DNA from: Saccostrea echinata
Lineage: Eukaryota
NCBI RefSeq assembly: GCF_033153115.1
Contig: NW_026889800.1
Coordinates: forward strand, 5,828,001-5,892,000
Direction of reading: 5' to 3'
DNA length: 64,000 nucleotides
Shown here: positions 1-13,845 of the stretch, in pieces
Position numbering within the stretch: position 1 is the stretch's first letter
Layout: each line of letters opens with the position of its first letter
Notes under the pieces: generated by a model
What the model saw: the letters and a program-made list of their open reading frames with translations, nothing else
What the model was told of the DNA's origin: nothing
The model's database searches: none
Made by a program: the position numbers and the translations under genes

Positions 1-713
1 AACGTGACAAAATTCAAACTTTTTCTAATAGTTTCTCACTATAAATCTACCCAGCAAGTTTAAAATCGATAATCTTTAATCTGACAACCTCGTTTTGGAA
101 AATGTATGTAAGGGATACAAGACGAAGATGGTCTAATATGTCAGATACGGGACTGGGACGAGGTGCGATTCTGCATGAGAGTATTGTGAAGGATCCCTTT
201 TTTTAACGGATGAAGACTGCATGTGACCAGTAGCAAATATTCCAGGAAAGCGCCGTTTTTCCTTGGATATCAAAAGCACCACATCTTTACGTAAATTAAT
301 TTGGAAATATATATATTGAAATTAGATTTTCAGGGGGAAAATCGAAGTTGTATGGGATATATTAACAGATCGAGCGTAAATTTGTCCGTTTTTCGCTTTT
401 TCTTCCCCTGAATGCTAACAGTCTTCAATGGACCACTTTACATGGATTTATTTGGATGTGTTTTCTTTAAAAATCATAAATTTGATTCTGAGTGTTGTTT
501 CGACCACAAATGTGTTACAATACCGGTAGTTTCACAATCAGAGACCTGAATGTAAATTTTAAGGGATTTCTTGGATATTCCTAATTTGGAAGTTTTGTTG
601 CATGAATTGGATTACGAGATGTTGATTTCCATATAGATTCTATAAAGCTTGAATGGGATTACGAAATGCTGAGTTCTGTATAGCTTGAATTGGATTACGA
701 GATGTTGATTTAA

Positions 714-881
714 GAAATAAAGTCCGCGTTATCGTGAATGTTGCAGGATAACCTCCGAGGTCGAGAAATGTTGTCTGAAATATAAAAGCCGAGGCGTTAG
801 CCGTGGCTTTTATATTTCAGACATCATTTCAAGACCGAGGAGGGTATCCTGCATCATTCACGACAACAAGCACTTTATTTC
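714..881. repeat. Long imperfect palindrome (Crypton-like non-autonomous element)
   Basis: ~75-bp inverted arms around a GCCGAGGCGTTAGCCGTGGC loop. Confidence 0.65.
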
Positions 882-1467
882 TATTCTACCAACAGCTCTA
901 AAATACGACTGAGCCTTTCCTCTGTAGAGAAACGAATTAGTCACCGTGTCGCGATTTCGCTGTTCCATTTAACACCAGAGGGTCAATTTGTTTGTTTGCT
1001 TGTAGCAATTGCATAAAATGCAGACGATTTCAGCTTTCGTTGGATTAAAGGTGTCCTTTAATTATTTATAAATTTGTTTGTAAAAATCAAGTTGTTTATT
1101 TCATTGCTTTATCAGTAAAATCACGGAGTGTAAATGTTGTGGGAAGGTCCGTGGAACAGTCCCACTTGGCTATAAAAACGGATATTTATCAGTTGTTGCA
1201 GGCAATACACACTGTATAGACTGCGTAAGAAGACACATCGATATGGTCAAAATAAGTATTAGATTCAACAGTGAAGTATTTATTTTAACTGTACAGGTTT
1301 GACATGTGTTTCTGATCTGATAATTTTTTGATGATGTTCGTGATTTATTGGAGAATAACGTCCTCGGCATTTCTTTGATCTTGGCAATAATTGTGGTAGA
1401 ATTCTATATAAAATGCATATTTTTTTTTCTATTTGTTGCCTTATTCATTCGTTGTGTAAAAGCTAGC

Positions 1468-1610
1468 TGACGTCATCTTTTGTTTCACACAGTCCAGTAT
1501 TATTTTGGAGTACAATATTAGATATAATATTGTACTTCTGAAAATAATATTGTACTATAGCTAGTACACTTTTTGAAATATTAGACTGTAGAAACAAAAG
1601 AATGACGTCA
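1468..1610. repeat. Palindromic MITE-like element
   Basis: TGACGTCATCTTTTGTTTC...GAAACAAAAGAATGACGTCA, with internal inverted GTACAATATT motifs. Confidence 0.55.
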
Positions 1611-1639
1611 AAAATGTTTTAGGAATCCGATCTTGAACC

Positions 1640-1880
1640 CGATTATAAAAAAAAAAATTGATTTACTCTAGCACCTGTTGGTCAAACGTGACAAAATTCA
1701 CACTTGATCTGTAGTTTACCACTATAAAGGTACCCAGCAAGTTTCCAATCAATTATCAATTGCAGAAAATCAAGTGGGACAGACTGACAGACGGGCGGAC
1801 AGACTGACTGACACATGGACGGACAGACACAGAGGAAACTTATTGTCCTCACCGGTTTCACCGGTGGGGGACTTATAAAA
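1640..1880. mobile_element. Helentron-associated non-autonomous element (HINE/pearl-like) fragment
   Basis: (GACA/GACG) microsatellite followed by the terminal hairpin CACCGGTTTCACCGGTGGGGGACT and an A tail. A related segment is at 1-65. Confidence 0.6.
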
Positions 1881-1935
1881 GATCAGGCAATATTAAGGTA
1901 GCCGACAGGTCTTGTCATTGAAAAAGATGAAGATA

Positions 1936-3064
1936 TACTGAAAGGAAAAAGAAACGCAGGGTACCATAATATGTGAAATTTTTTTGACTGTATAACCGAA
2001 CATTATGAAAGTTGGTCAGGGGGATATCTTGGTAACTGTGCATTAAAATCAGTGTTTAGAACTACTCAACCGTGAAATGTATGACTTCACATAAGGAGAG
2101 TGGTAAAAAGCCGAAAACACGTGCATATCGATGATGACATGTTTTTCAACACATTTCGCAGTAAGATTTGCTGCACTTAAGTTATACACTTCGTTTTTCG
2201 ATAATATTTACAGTCGATTTGCATTTCTTGGAATCAAGGTACGGTTGACAGAAGTACCATGGGGTCTTGCTATTGTATTGCCTAAGTAAGAACAAAGACA
2301 ACGACAGGTTTTTGTGCATTTTGACGTGAACTTTTCCACAATAGAAGGTCTTACCCGTCCTCAGAGAGGGCGTAGAAAGATTTTCAACCAACCGTGACGA
2401 TGATGTTGACGCGTAACAGCGCCACGTCAAGATCGGGCTATTCATCCTGCCACCTGTATAATCACAATCACATTACCTTTACACTGCTTTTAATACCGCA
2501 GGCTATCATAATCGTTACATTCACCCCAAAACTGAAGGAAATCGATAGCGCTATTTTGGGATGTGAGCTCGTCAACTTTACGAAAGTGTTCCTCTAACTC
2601 GAGCATGCGTGCGTCGTTTGCCTATTTTTTTTGGGCATGTTGACCCCCCTCCCAATACTGCAAGGATTTGTCAAAATTTTCTCGAAAACAATCACATTTA
2701 TCCACTAGACTGATTTCCGTCAAGTCCATCTTTTTCGTATCAAACGTCTGTGGGACTATGTTGACGATAGGGTTTAAAATGTCCAAGCTGGTCTCAATCA
2801 ACTTAGGGCTGCCTTCTCGGAAGGGTTTAATAATATCCCTATTAGAAGGATAAACACGCTGATGAACTCCATGCATAGGAGAATCAAAGCTGTGACAGAT
2901 GCGCGAGGGAGACATGTGAGATAATGAGAATTTTCATTTTTCACTTTTGGGGGGTACCGTCATATGAGTTTTAAATAACTCATTAATAACTGGAAAATAA
3001 GTCTGAAATATATATCCTTTTTTCACCTAAAATGTTTACCCTGCGTTTCTTTTTCGTTTCAGTA
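1936..3064 (+). mobile_element. Degenerate, internally deleted Tc1-like DNA transposon
   Basis: 28-bp TIRs TACTGAAA(G/C)GAAAAAGAAACGCAGGGTA flanked by TA. Transposase remnants: PNTARICQNFLENNHIYPLD*FPSSP, IKRLWDYVDDRV, NNIPIRRINTLMNSMHRRIKAVTDARGRHVR*. Confidence 0.88.
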
Positions 3065-3907
3065 TACATGTAACGAACAGTGAAAAGCTGCAGTCATCTC
3101 GTTTGTCATACCATTAAGTTGTTAGTTGGTCCATATCATCCATAGTCAATAAAACATCCAGATATGAAACAGATGTGGCAGACTCTGTGGTGATCGACTT
3201 TTATCTCAAGTTCACTGAGATATATCAAGTATTGAATTGAAATGGCTATTGTTAATTGATAAAACGTAGTTGAAAGATCTTAATGTCTCATTCTGTGCAG
3301 CATTTTAAAATATAGCGTCTTTAATTTTTTAAAGAAATTTTAATTCTTTTATCATTGAACAAATTAAGCAGAATATAACATTTTAAAAAGAATTCATTTT
3401 TTTTCAAAAATATATTTTCAATTAATAGGCAATTGGACGTCGTCATAGTGTGCTTATGATATTATAACTCGTGTAGTGGATTCACAAAATTTTACGCTTT
3501 TAAAATTTTAACATAGAAATATATAAATCTCAAATGTTTTCTGCGATTTTCTATATGAAAGCGTAAGATCTATCGACTTTTGAAAATGTCAATTCCCTAG
3601 TTTTAAAAATCCAACAGTATCATATATATATATATGATATAATTCCTTATCAGACATTTGGATGTTTCTGTAGAGAACAACGTTGATGGCAATAGGTAAA
3701 CAAAACTTTATGATGAACCTGATAACTTTATATTTCTATCGTCAACGTCTTGTTACAGGGGATGCTTACTTCTCCTAGAACCTGATCCCATCTCTTGAAT
3801 TTCCGAGATCCGTGTTTTATACCCTGACTACAGATTTGTAATGTTTGTAGATTTTTAAGTTCTATCATTGTTTGTTATCTTCACATTTTTTTAATTATGT
3901 AGCAATA

Positions 3908-4085
3908 TACAATAAAACTTGTCTTTTCCAGATGATGTGTATTCCAAAATCTTACCCATTACTTTGAGCTCTTTAAGTCCTTTCTGTTATTTCAGTAGTT
4001 TGAAATGTTATTAAATCCGGATTGTTGTTAAATCCGGTCAATTTTTCTAAAACAAATGATGTATGGATTGACAAGTTTTACTGCA
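3908..4085. mobile_element. Tc1/mariner-type MITE inserted in a Penelope fragment
   Basis: TIR TACAATAAAACTTGTC / GACAAGTTTTACTGCA interrupts RT-derived sequence spanning 3660-4178. Confidence 0.55.
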
Positions 4086-4179
4086 CTACTATCAATTGCA
4101 CATGGAGGTTATCAGTTGAATCGATATGCAAGATCATTTTCTACAAACTATTGACGTAAGTTGATGATACAAGGATAAA

Positions 4180-5500
4180 TATATGAAGATAACGAACAGT
4201 GCCCAAGCTCAAAGGTCCTTTTGAACAATACAAATCAGGAGGAGAGCAACACGGACCTCATAAACATCAGAGGTGGGATCAGGTCCATGGAGGAGTAAGC
4301 ATCCCCTGCCGACAGGTCACACCCGTCGTGTGCTCCTTGTCATTATCAGGAACTAACTGAAAAATCCATCGACAATTCAGTGTGTAAACTATGGCCTAAC
4401 AATTAGTATGAAAAACGTCAGTCAGCATTTGAATTAATTATAGATTGTATCTGCTGACAACCCACAGAACTTACGAAATGATGACTTTAAACATGACTCT
4501 TGATATTCTTGTTTCATCAACTTGTTTGTCAATAACTTAACTCATTTTAGAAATTGTTCCTACGTAGAACATGCTCTTACATATCAAATCAACTAAGAGA
4601 TATAATTAAGCCCCGTATGCAGGTGATAATGGTATATTGCTGCATAAGTAAGGGAAGTTAAGCTTTGAAAAATTAAAGTCATCACAATCATCACAAAGCT
4701 TAGTTATTAGATTACCATTAATGTCTTTTTCTAGTAAAATATCCAAATATGAAACAGATGTGTCAAACTCTGAGGTATTTTTATTTCAAGCTAACTGGAA
4801 TTGATCGTGTCAACATATGAATGGAAACAACTATTGTTAATTGAGAATATATTATTGATATATCTAAATATCGAGTTGAAGGCCAAAGCAAGTGTTTTCT
4901 TCTCATGTATAAGATTTTTGAATAAATTCTGCTTCATATGAATACAAACATGTATCTGCTAATAAAGGAGCGCATTTGGTACCCATGGGAATTCCAACAA
5001 ATATTTGGAAAACCTGGCCTCCAAAAACCACATAGATATTTTCAATCAGAAACCCAAGAATCTTTTTATTATCAAATTCAGGGTACTTGTGTGAAAAATC
5101 AGAATGTTTTTTAACAAAATAATTTTATAATTTACCATTGACAAGGTGAGTAGATTTACGAGTTCCATTTTTATTGAAAAAGCAGGAGTCAACGATGTCA
5201 AAAAGTTTGGACTTTAATTTACCGTTGGGAAAGGTTATATGTAGAGTTAAAAAGTCGCAAGTTTTGAGGGTATTGGTTTTGGTATAATTTTGTTATTTCA
5301 AATTTTTCAAAAGTTCTCTGGAATTTTTAAGAATTCCCATCTGCTTTATACCACTTCTCAAATATATTGTTGCACAGTACCCCTGACATTGCCCCTTCAC
5401 TGAAATCAACAATACCTTTTCAACATTTTGCAAAGTCTCTGGTCTTTATGGCTGCGGAACTTTAGTTCTCTTGGTGAGGAAATTTGGACAGACAAACCAG
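4180..5500 (-). mobile_element. Penelope-like retroelement, decayed RT plus 3' UTR
   Basis: Minus strand reads GIPMGTKCAPLLADTCLYSYEAEF...FNSIFRYI..., followed by the family 3' UTR (ccctgccgacaggtcacacccg on the + strand). Confidence 0.85.
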
Positions 5501-6137
5501 AGGGTTACAGATCGAAACATCATAAAAAAAAATTCGTTTTACGCCGCCGCTTTTTGTCGATATCGTTGGGTATTATTTCCTTTATGATAATCACCCGCCA
5601 AAAGATTGTTATCTGTTAACCATATATTAGACTCATAATCTTTTTACATTATATACTCTTCAACGGGTCAAAAAAGCCCTATGTGGAGAGGGAATGTCAG
5701 TTTTGAACATTCGCATCCCCAAGTCCATTCGTAGTAAAATACGCCCATTAAAGAGTATACATGTATATATCCCAAGGAATAATTAAACAATTATTACATA
5801 ATATGTACACATGTTATTTATATGATTTATCAAAAATGACGACAAGAAATCAGAGGAGTAAATTGAAGATTTTTACAATGCTCTCTGGTTTGTTTTTCCG
5901 AATTTTCTCAACAAGAGAGCTACAGGTGTACAGTTTTGGTCGATACAATGACCTTGTTTACAAATACAATCTGTCATGAAGTCAAATGTTGACTAACTTT
6001 CTTTATACAAATTGTTAGGCCATTATTTTCAACTATACTGTGTATGGATTTTTTCGTTTACCCGATCATGACGAGCGCACGGCGGATGTGATCGGTCGAC
6101 AGGGGATGGCTAATATATGAATTTCTTTCAGTCTTAC

Positions 6138-9100
6138 CTTTAACACATTGTTTATCAGCCCTTAAGTATCCATCCTTACATGTACAAGACCAATTTTTAC
6201 CACACATAACATTGTCTTCCATCCCCGCACATTGCTTATCTATCTTACATTGGTCACCAAAATGGATTTTACCTAAAATTTTCAGAAACGAGACATACAT
6301 GTATAATAGCAATTTTCTGACATTTTCTATATCTACCACAGAGTCTATGAAAATGTACCTTCAATGCATCGTCCGTTATATTCGAAGTTTCCAGGTTTGC
6401 AATAACACACTTTTATTTTTCCAAATGCTGTACAAACGTCAGCATCTTCTGTTCCATTACATTGAATATCATACTCACAGGATTCAAATAAATGTCTTTC
6501 CGCTGCAAATGAAATGCTTCATATTATCACAAATTATAAAGTTGTCAAAAACATGCAACTTTGCGAAACATTTTCTCTGCAATGTGTGTGTTAGTTTTTC
6601 ACCAATTGTTTCATTAAATTACGCTTTTATCAATGATAAGTTTTGACATAATGTGTGGGATCTAAATATATGATTATGTTTTGTCCTGTCATGATTGGAA
6701 TATGCTTATAATTTATAATTCTTTAAAAAAGACAGAGAGAAATAATGAAGTAGCATTATCTAAAAAAAAAAAATAAAATAAAAATAAAAAAAAACATTCT
6801 TTGAGCAAGAGCTTTTGACATTAATATTTCTTTAGTATATAATTCATTAATATGTAGAAATTTGTATTTGTGTATATAAGCACTGACTATATGAACAATG
6901 GACACTTTTTAATTTTTTAAGCCTTAAAATTAGTTTGTTTTACTGAATAGGAAAAAGATATTTAAAGAGAATTTTTGTAAAGAAACAATTGAGAGAAATA
7001 AAAAAAACAATTTAAGAAAACTTTGTCCATTGCCAGATGAACGTTGATTGCTGGTAAATATGAACAGTAATTAGAGTCACTGGTAATTCAACAACCCTAC
7101 CCCTTCCACTAAAAACATATTTCATTTATCTATCTTTTATGCATGCAAAATAAAGGGTTACAATCTTTCCGTTCCTGTATAATGTATTAATGTATTTAGT
7201 GGTAAAATTGCAAATCGTGCAATTTTTTTCTATGTTTCATCATATTTATATTATAATAAACAACATAAATATTTCTTTTCATGTTTTCCCCTCAGCCTGA
7301 GAAGAGAAAATAACAAAAGGACAATGGAAAACGAAGAACAAATTTAATTAAATAAATAAATATCATTCGTAAATTGTCATATTATTAAATAAAGAAGCGT
7401 CTTTGTGTAAATATTTGACATTCGTATATATAAAGACTTGCCTTAACAAGAGAAAAATATTTTTAAGACTTGATTTTCATTGTACATTTTAATTGCCATG
7501 TTAAAAAACGATGATTAATCTACCTATAATATACTTTATTCAATAAAATGAGTATTATCATACATCACGTACATAGTATGCACTTTTTCCGATGCCAGAT
7601 AAAAGTGTCATCGCAAGCACAAACGTTTTCTTTCTGTTCTTCGTTAAAACGACAGACTCCAGCGTTTTCTGTACCAGTACACTGCTCATTAATCTTACAT
7701 GAGGCAAATACATGCTTCTTGGCTAAAACAATGAAAATAATATCAAATATCTATATTTCAAAAAGGCATTTCAACCGATAACGAGTGGAAATTCTGTTGT
7801 AAATTATTTTAGTCTCATTTAATATGTAATTTATTATACCTTTCCGACACTTCAGAGTTTTTTTATCTTCTACGAAGTCAGAAGCACACATACAAAGCTT
7901 TCTGTCTCGGACTTTTTTGCAGACCCCCATACCTGCTGTTCCATTGCACTGATCATCTATCAAACAATCCTGGTACAGAGTTTTGTTGACTACAATAAAA
8001 TCTGAAACATTTACTGAGATTTCTCTGAGTACTGCATCAGTAAAACCGATAATCAACAGGCATAAAGGATATATCATTGAATGCAGCATACACATGTACC
8101 TTGTAGACAGTGGGCACCATAACTGATGAATCCAGGGTTACAGACACAGAGTGATTTTTCTGTTTCATTGTCAGGTTTACATTGTCTGGCATTCTTTGTT
8201 CCAGTACATTGTTCATTTGCATAACAAAACTTTCCTATGGCAAGACCGACTGGAATAACAAACCATGGCTTAAATGAATAAATTTGAAGCCAATTATGTA
8301 TATCTTTACTTTTGGTTTAGATTAGCAAAAAGCCTTAGGACATAAGCAACATGAACACCTTTCAAACATGCCCCTCTGATGATGCCATGGCCATATGGAC
8401 AATAACATAGTTTTACTCCATCGACATATCTGCATTCCGTTGCGCCAAATGATCCCCTGCACTGAAGTGAAGACTCACATGGCTCATGTAGACGACGATC
8501 CCCTTTGAAATATAAATAATTATATTCAACAGATCTTATACCCACGAAACTATATGGCCAGTGTTTAAACATGCACATGTATTAATTAAAGTTGAAATGG
8601 AAAATGACTATTATTAGACAAATGCAAGTTTAAGTAGTGTAAATTTAAGGACACCCCATAGTTATTAGACATGAAATTTAAAAAAGAGAAAATTTACTTA
8701 AGTGGATTGGACATTTCTTCATAGAATAAAAAAATAAATAAGTATTTATTAGGCATGAAAGTTAAAAAAAAAGAAGAAAATTTACATGAGTAAATTAGAC
8801 ATTTTCTTTTTTATAGAAATAAAACAATAAATAAGTATCTTAGATACCTTATCATAAAAATACTGAAATAGAGTTATGCCATACATTAAAAATGACGTTT
8901 ACCTTACTCAGGGTTTTAATTGACAGAAACGGATTGCTATAAAGTATAATATCTTAAAATCAGAATTACTCTAAAGGGAAAAATGACAATTAAATATGCG
9001 AATTCTAGTCTTAAAATTTATTTTCGTACTGTTTGAAGAAAAAATGCAACATCTAATAATTTAATCTAAAGTGATGCAGAAGAAATTCGCAAAAAACTCT

Positions 9101-12100
9101 AATTTTTCATTTTTTCTGACATTTATTCTTCTTCTTAAAATATTCTTCTGAAAGTTAAGATTTTTTTTTGTGTTTTTTACATCATTTGGAAAATATTAGG
9201 TGTGATAAAGCTCATGTATTATTTCAAATAAAAAGATGGGATTCAATGAGATACATGTATATCAAAATAGCATGCAATAAAATGTATCAAAAATAAAAAA
9301 AAAACAGATTCCAGATAACATATATTAAGATTTGATCATTGACCTCATATACTTTTCGTATAAGCAGAATAGGTGCATTATAAGTTAACTTAGGCTATAA
9401 ATAGTCTAGAGTTCCCATCTCTCAGATTTTTGTAATGATAAATTAAAACATGGGTAAAAATTGGAAAATTGACAGAGGAATTTTCGGACTGGAATATTTA
9501 AGAATTTTTTTCCTCAAACATTTCCCATATATTTCATTAACTGAAGAGTTTTCTTGCTTGACATATTTCATTGATTAAGAAAATATTGGTCATAGTGTTA
9601 AAAAATGATGAATTTCCTCAAAGATTCTCAGGGGCGACTAGCATAAAAAGTAGGTCATTGACCTAGTTATTTGAAATTGAAATATCACTATAATCATAGA
9701 TATACAATGTACAATAGGTGGTTTGTCATTCTTATAAGTGGAATTTTTTGTCCACTGAGTAAACATTATCCTGGAAAAAAAAAAATAATCATAAATCCGA
9801 TTGATACAGGTGTCTTTTATGCAACCTTTTGAATTGCATGTGCACACACACACACACACACTTACTCTCTAGGCATTTTCCTCTGTTTAGAAGGAATGGT
9901 TTCTCACAAGAACAAACACGTTTCATCTTGTTGGTATTAAAGACGCACTGCTTTGCATTTTTAGACCCTGTGCATTGTAGACTGTCATTACATTCCTCGC
10001 TAAGTGATATTCCAACTTAAAAAAAAGGACTATAAATAATCATGACTTTAAGATTCGTGTAAAAAAGGTTAATTATATCAAGTGGCATTATATAAACAAC
10101 TTGTCACGAAAGAAATGCATTTCAAAATTAAATTTAACGATTGAAATCATCTTTGTTGAAAGTTCGAATATTTATGATAATTAACATTAATATTTGTTAG
10201 CAAATGCCATTAACACATCAATATTTATGAGTAAAAAATGATAAAATGATGATAGTACAGTATACACATTATCATATGCAATCGTACATATATTTTCTAT
10301 TTAAATGTGTTGCAATTTCATCTCTTGATAATAAACACGGTCTGATTCCGAAGTGTTGCATACAAGTAAAGATTTCAGTAATCAAGAATCTAGTAAACCT
10401 TTCAGGCATTCTCCATTTATAAACTCGAATCCTTCTTTGCAGTGGCACAAAAATTCTGTCCCAGCCTGTTGACAATTGGTATTCCCATAGCATTGTGAAT
10501 GCATATTACAGGATTCATTGTATCTGCGCTTAGCTTTAATGAATAAAAATAGTTTTACTTCCTAATATATATGCATATAAATATTTTCTATTAATGCAGC
10601 CAGGCAATATCATTTGAATTGAATATGATGACAAACACGCTACATTCAATTACTTTCCCATACATTAAAAATATGAGTAGATATACAGGGTCAATTGTTN
10701 NNNNNNNNNNNNNNNNNNNNNNNNNNNNNNNNNNNNNNNNNNNNNNNNNNNNNNNNNNNNNNNNNNNNNNNNNNNNNNNNNNNNNNNNNNNNNNNNNNNN
10801 NNNNNNNNNNNNNNNNNNNNNNNNNNNNNNNNNNNNNNNNNNNNNNNNNNNCAACACTGTATATCCTAAGTGTCGGATCTACTAAGTAGATACAAGGTCA
10901 CGGATGGAAATTTATATAAAGCACTAAAAATGACCAACGACACGAACAATAATAATTGTCAAATTTTCGGGACGACAGTATATATATTGTGGGTGTGTGG
11001 GATGTGTGAGTTTGCATGATTTCCTTATCAAGAGTGTATGCATTTAGAATAAATTCATATAATAATTGTCTTACGAATACAAACTGTTTTCTTGAAATCG
11101 TTGTGAAGATGGCAAAGTTCACTATCGTCGTCACATCCTTTCCCATTAGTGCATGTTTTCCCAACATATTCTTAATGTTAAAAACAGATTTATTAAATTC
11201 AATTAATCACTGATTGTAAATTTTCAAACATCCATCATGTCCAAACATGGACGGTTGTGCTGATGAATTGAATACGAGTGTTTTGAAAATTTTGCACACA
11301 GACCTATGAGTTATGGCCCAATTTACAATTAGACACATATATATTCTTTCATCAATTTCATAGGTGATTAAAAATCCAGCGATTTATTTAAATAAACAAT
11401 GATAAATTATGCAAGTTTTAATTATTCAAACTCTACTTTTACTGCTAATTTGAGGTAGGAACTATTACTTTTCAACATGGGTTTTGCTTTTTTATCTTTT
11501 GAGTTTGCATTTAAATGATGTTCAGTATTTTTTACGTCTTAACAAATTTCACCACCAATTATTAAACATCCTCTGTCTGAGTTATGGCATTATAAATACT
11601 GACGTTGTCTACGCACTGTATAAGAAAAATTACCTATCAAATGCAGATTTTGTAGAATTAATCTTAAGCAATATTGTGTACATCGTTATCTCAATTATTA
11701 GGGAAAAAAATATCAGTGTGATTTACCTTTTTGTTGGATACACTTCAAGAACAATTTCAAATTCTGATAGTTATCTGGAGTTGTGCAGTTGTACGGATTG
11801 ATTTTAAAGTGGTACTGAACGCCATATGCTTGGAATTCTGCATTCACAGCGCTTATTTGTAAGGGTGTATTATCTTCTGACGGATGGTTGTTGATGAACA
11901 ATAGACAGTTGTAATCAATATTTGATTCCTCTTGATCTTTAATAACTTCTACAAGATTGAAAAGGAATGAAAATGACAATTATTTACACAGGTATCTAAA
12001 TGTAATTTTGATGTTTGTTTTTGTAAGCTCAACTCCTACCTCCATTGAAGAGAATCGAAATATTTTGATAGGAAATTCCACAACTCTGTGCACCTTTGAC

Positions 12101-12495
12101 GAATGAAATGATATTTTGGTATGGAAATTCCCTGTAAAGTAGTAATGGACAATTTAAGTCTGTACATATATTAATGCTTCAACAAAAAAAATCTCATTAA
12201 GTTTCTTTCTTTTGTAACCCATTAAACTACAAATATTTGTTAAGTAGATTTAATGGCTAGTTAAACAAAGTAAAAAAAAGAGAGTATAAAAAGCTTCTTT
12301 TACCCTATGTAATACAAAGAGTCTGAGTGGCGCAGCAAGTATGAAACACCAATATCGTGGATAGAGACAACTGAAAGATACAAATATAATAACTGCAACA
12401 ATATATAAGTATGAACTGATCAAGGGATAAAATTACTTGATATTACCAAGACAACTATAGTTCTTAAGGCGAAGAAAAAAATAACGTCTTTCAAT
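6138..12495 (-). CDS. Copy A: paralog of the same cysteine-rich receptor (exons 1-13; 3' exons and TM not in the window)
   Basis: Exons ~12495-12437 (hydrophobic, ATG not found), 12370-12304, 12131-12040, 11948-11727, 11170-11075, 10533-10399, 10015-9866, 8502-8359, 8249-8100, 7989-7840, 7722-7573, 6502-6359, 6272-6138. Exons 2-13 have the same lengths and phases as copy B (67, 92, 222, 96, 135, 150, 144, 150, 150, 150, 144, 135 nt), are open, and conserve the Cys residues. Confidence 0.82.
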
Positions 12496-12782
12496 AGCCT
12501 TCAATTTTACAAACCAGAAAGATAATAGAAAACAGGAATGTAATTCGTTAAAAAAAAAATAAATAAATAATTGTGAAATGAATCGCATAAGTTCCGTCTT
12601 TAAAGTACAAAGTTCCCGCAGAATATAAAATAATCAAACATTTCTGAAAAGTCATTGAAAATGTTTACCTATAAATTTTTTTTTATTTGAGTCATTGAAA
12701 TGTACACGTTAATTTTAGCTAGTAATGACAAAAAATCTGATGAGGAAAACATTTTCATAATAATCGTTAGGCCATTATTTAA

Positions 12783-13611
12783 TGAAATATATGGAGATAA
12801 CGAACAGTATTCAAGCTCAAAAGTCCATTAAACAATACAAAATAGGAGCAGAGCAAACACGGACCTCCAAACATCAGAGGTGGGATCAGGTGCCATGGAG
12901 GAGTGAGCATCCCCTGCCGACCGGTCACACCCGCCGTGTGCCCCTTGTCATGATCGGGAAATAACGGAAAAATCCGTCGACAATTCAGTGTGTAAATAAT
13001 GGTCTAACAATTAGTATGAAAAACGTCTGCCAGCATTTGACTCAATGATAAATTGTATTTGCTGACAAGGTCATTGTATCGACCATAGAAATTACGAAAT
13101 GATGACTTTAAACGAGGCTGCTGATCTTCTTGTTTCATCAACTTGTTTGTCAATAATTTACCTTGTTTTAGAAATTGTTCATACGTAGAGCATTCTCTTG
13201 CGTATCGAATCAACTGAGAGATATATACCCCGTTTGCAGGTTATGAAGGTATATTGCTGCATAAGTAAGGGAAGTTGACGACTGAAAAGTTAAAGTCATC
13301 ACGTTTATCATAAAGCTTGGTTGTTAGATTACCATTAACGTCTTTTTCAAGTAATATATCCAAATATGATGTGTCAGACTCTGTAGTATCTTTTATCTCA
13401 AGCTCACCAGGATATATCGTATCGACATAAGAATGAAAAAGCCATTGTTAATTGACAATACGTCGTCGATATATCTAAATGTCGAGTTGAAGGCCACATC
13501 AATTGTTTTCTTCTTTTCACGTACAAGACTTTGGACAAATTCTGCTTCATTTGAATACAAAAAAAGGTCTGCTAATAACGGGGCGCAATTGGTACCCATG
13601 GGAATATCCAA
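12783..13611 (-). mobile_element. Penelope-like retroelement, 5'-truncated, relatively young
   Basis: ORFs 13393-13638 (IPMGTNCAPLLADLFLYS...FRYIDDVLSINN) and 13004-13213 (IRYAREC...FYGRYNDLV), with the 3' UTR at 12783-13000. Confidence 0.9.
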
Positions 13612-13845
13612 TTTAATCGCTGGACAATTTAAAGACATTTACCAATTGAACAAGAAACATGAGTGGTCAATAATTATCTCCAACAATGATAATTTTGTTA
13701 TATCACTTAAAACATTCATGACACATATACGTACTATAATTCATTTTCAAAAATATTTTTTTTTTTTACATTCCAAGATAGCCATCGATTTTAGTACGAT
13801 CAAAAGTGTCAAATAAGCAAAATTAAAATACTTACAGAACAGAAG

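Noticed and set aside
1170-1370. Hydrophobic 66-aa minus-strand ORF as the TM exon of copy A
   Set aside because: It shows no similarity to the copy B TM exon, and I found no convincing splice sites.
6212-6646. 144-aa + strand ORF (likewise 36209-36619, 11484-11801, 40656-40901)
   Set aside because: These are antisense shadows of the minus-strand receptor exons with no protein-like features.
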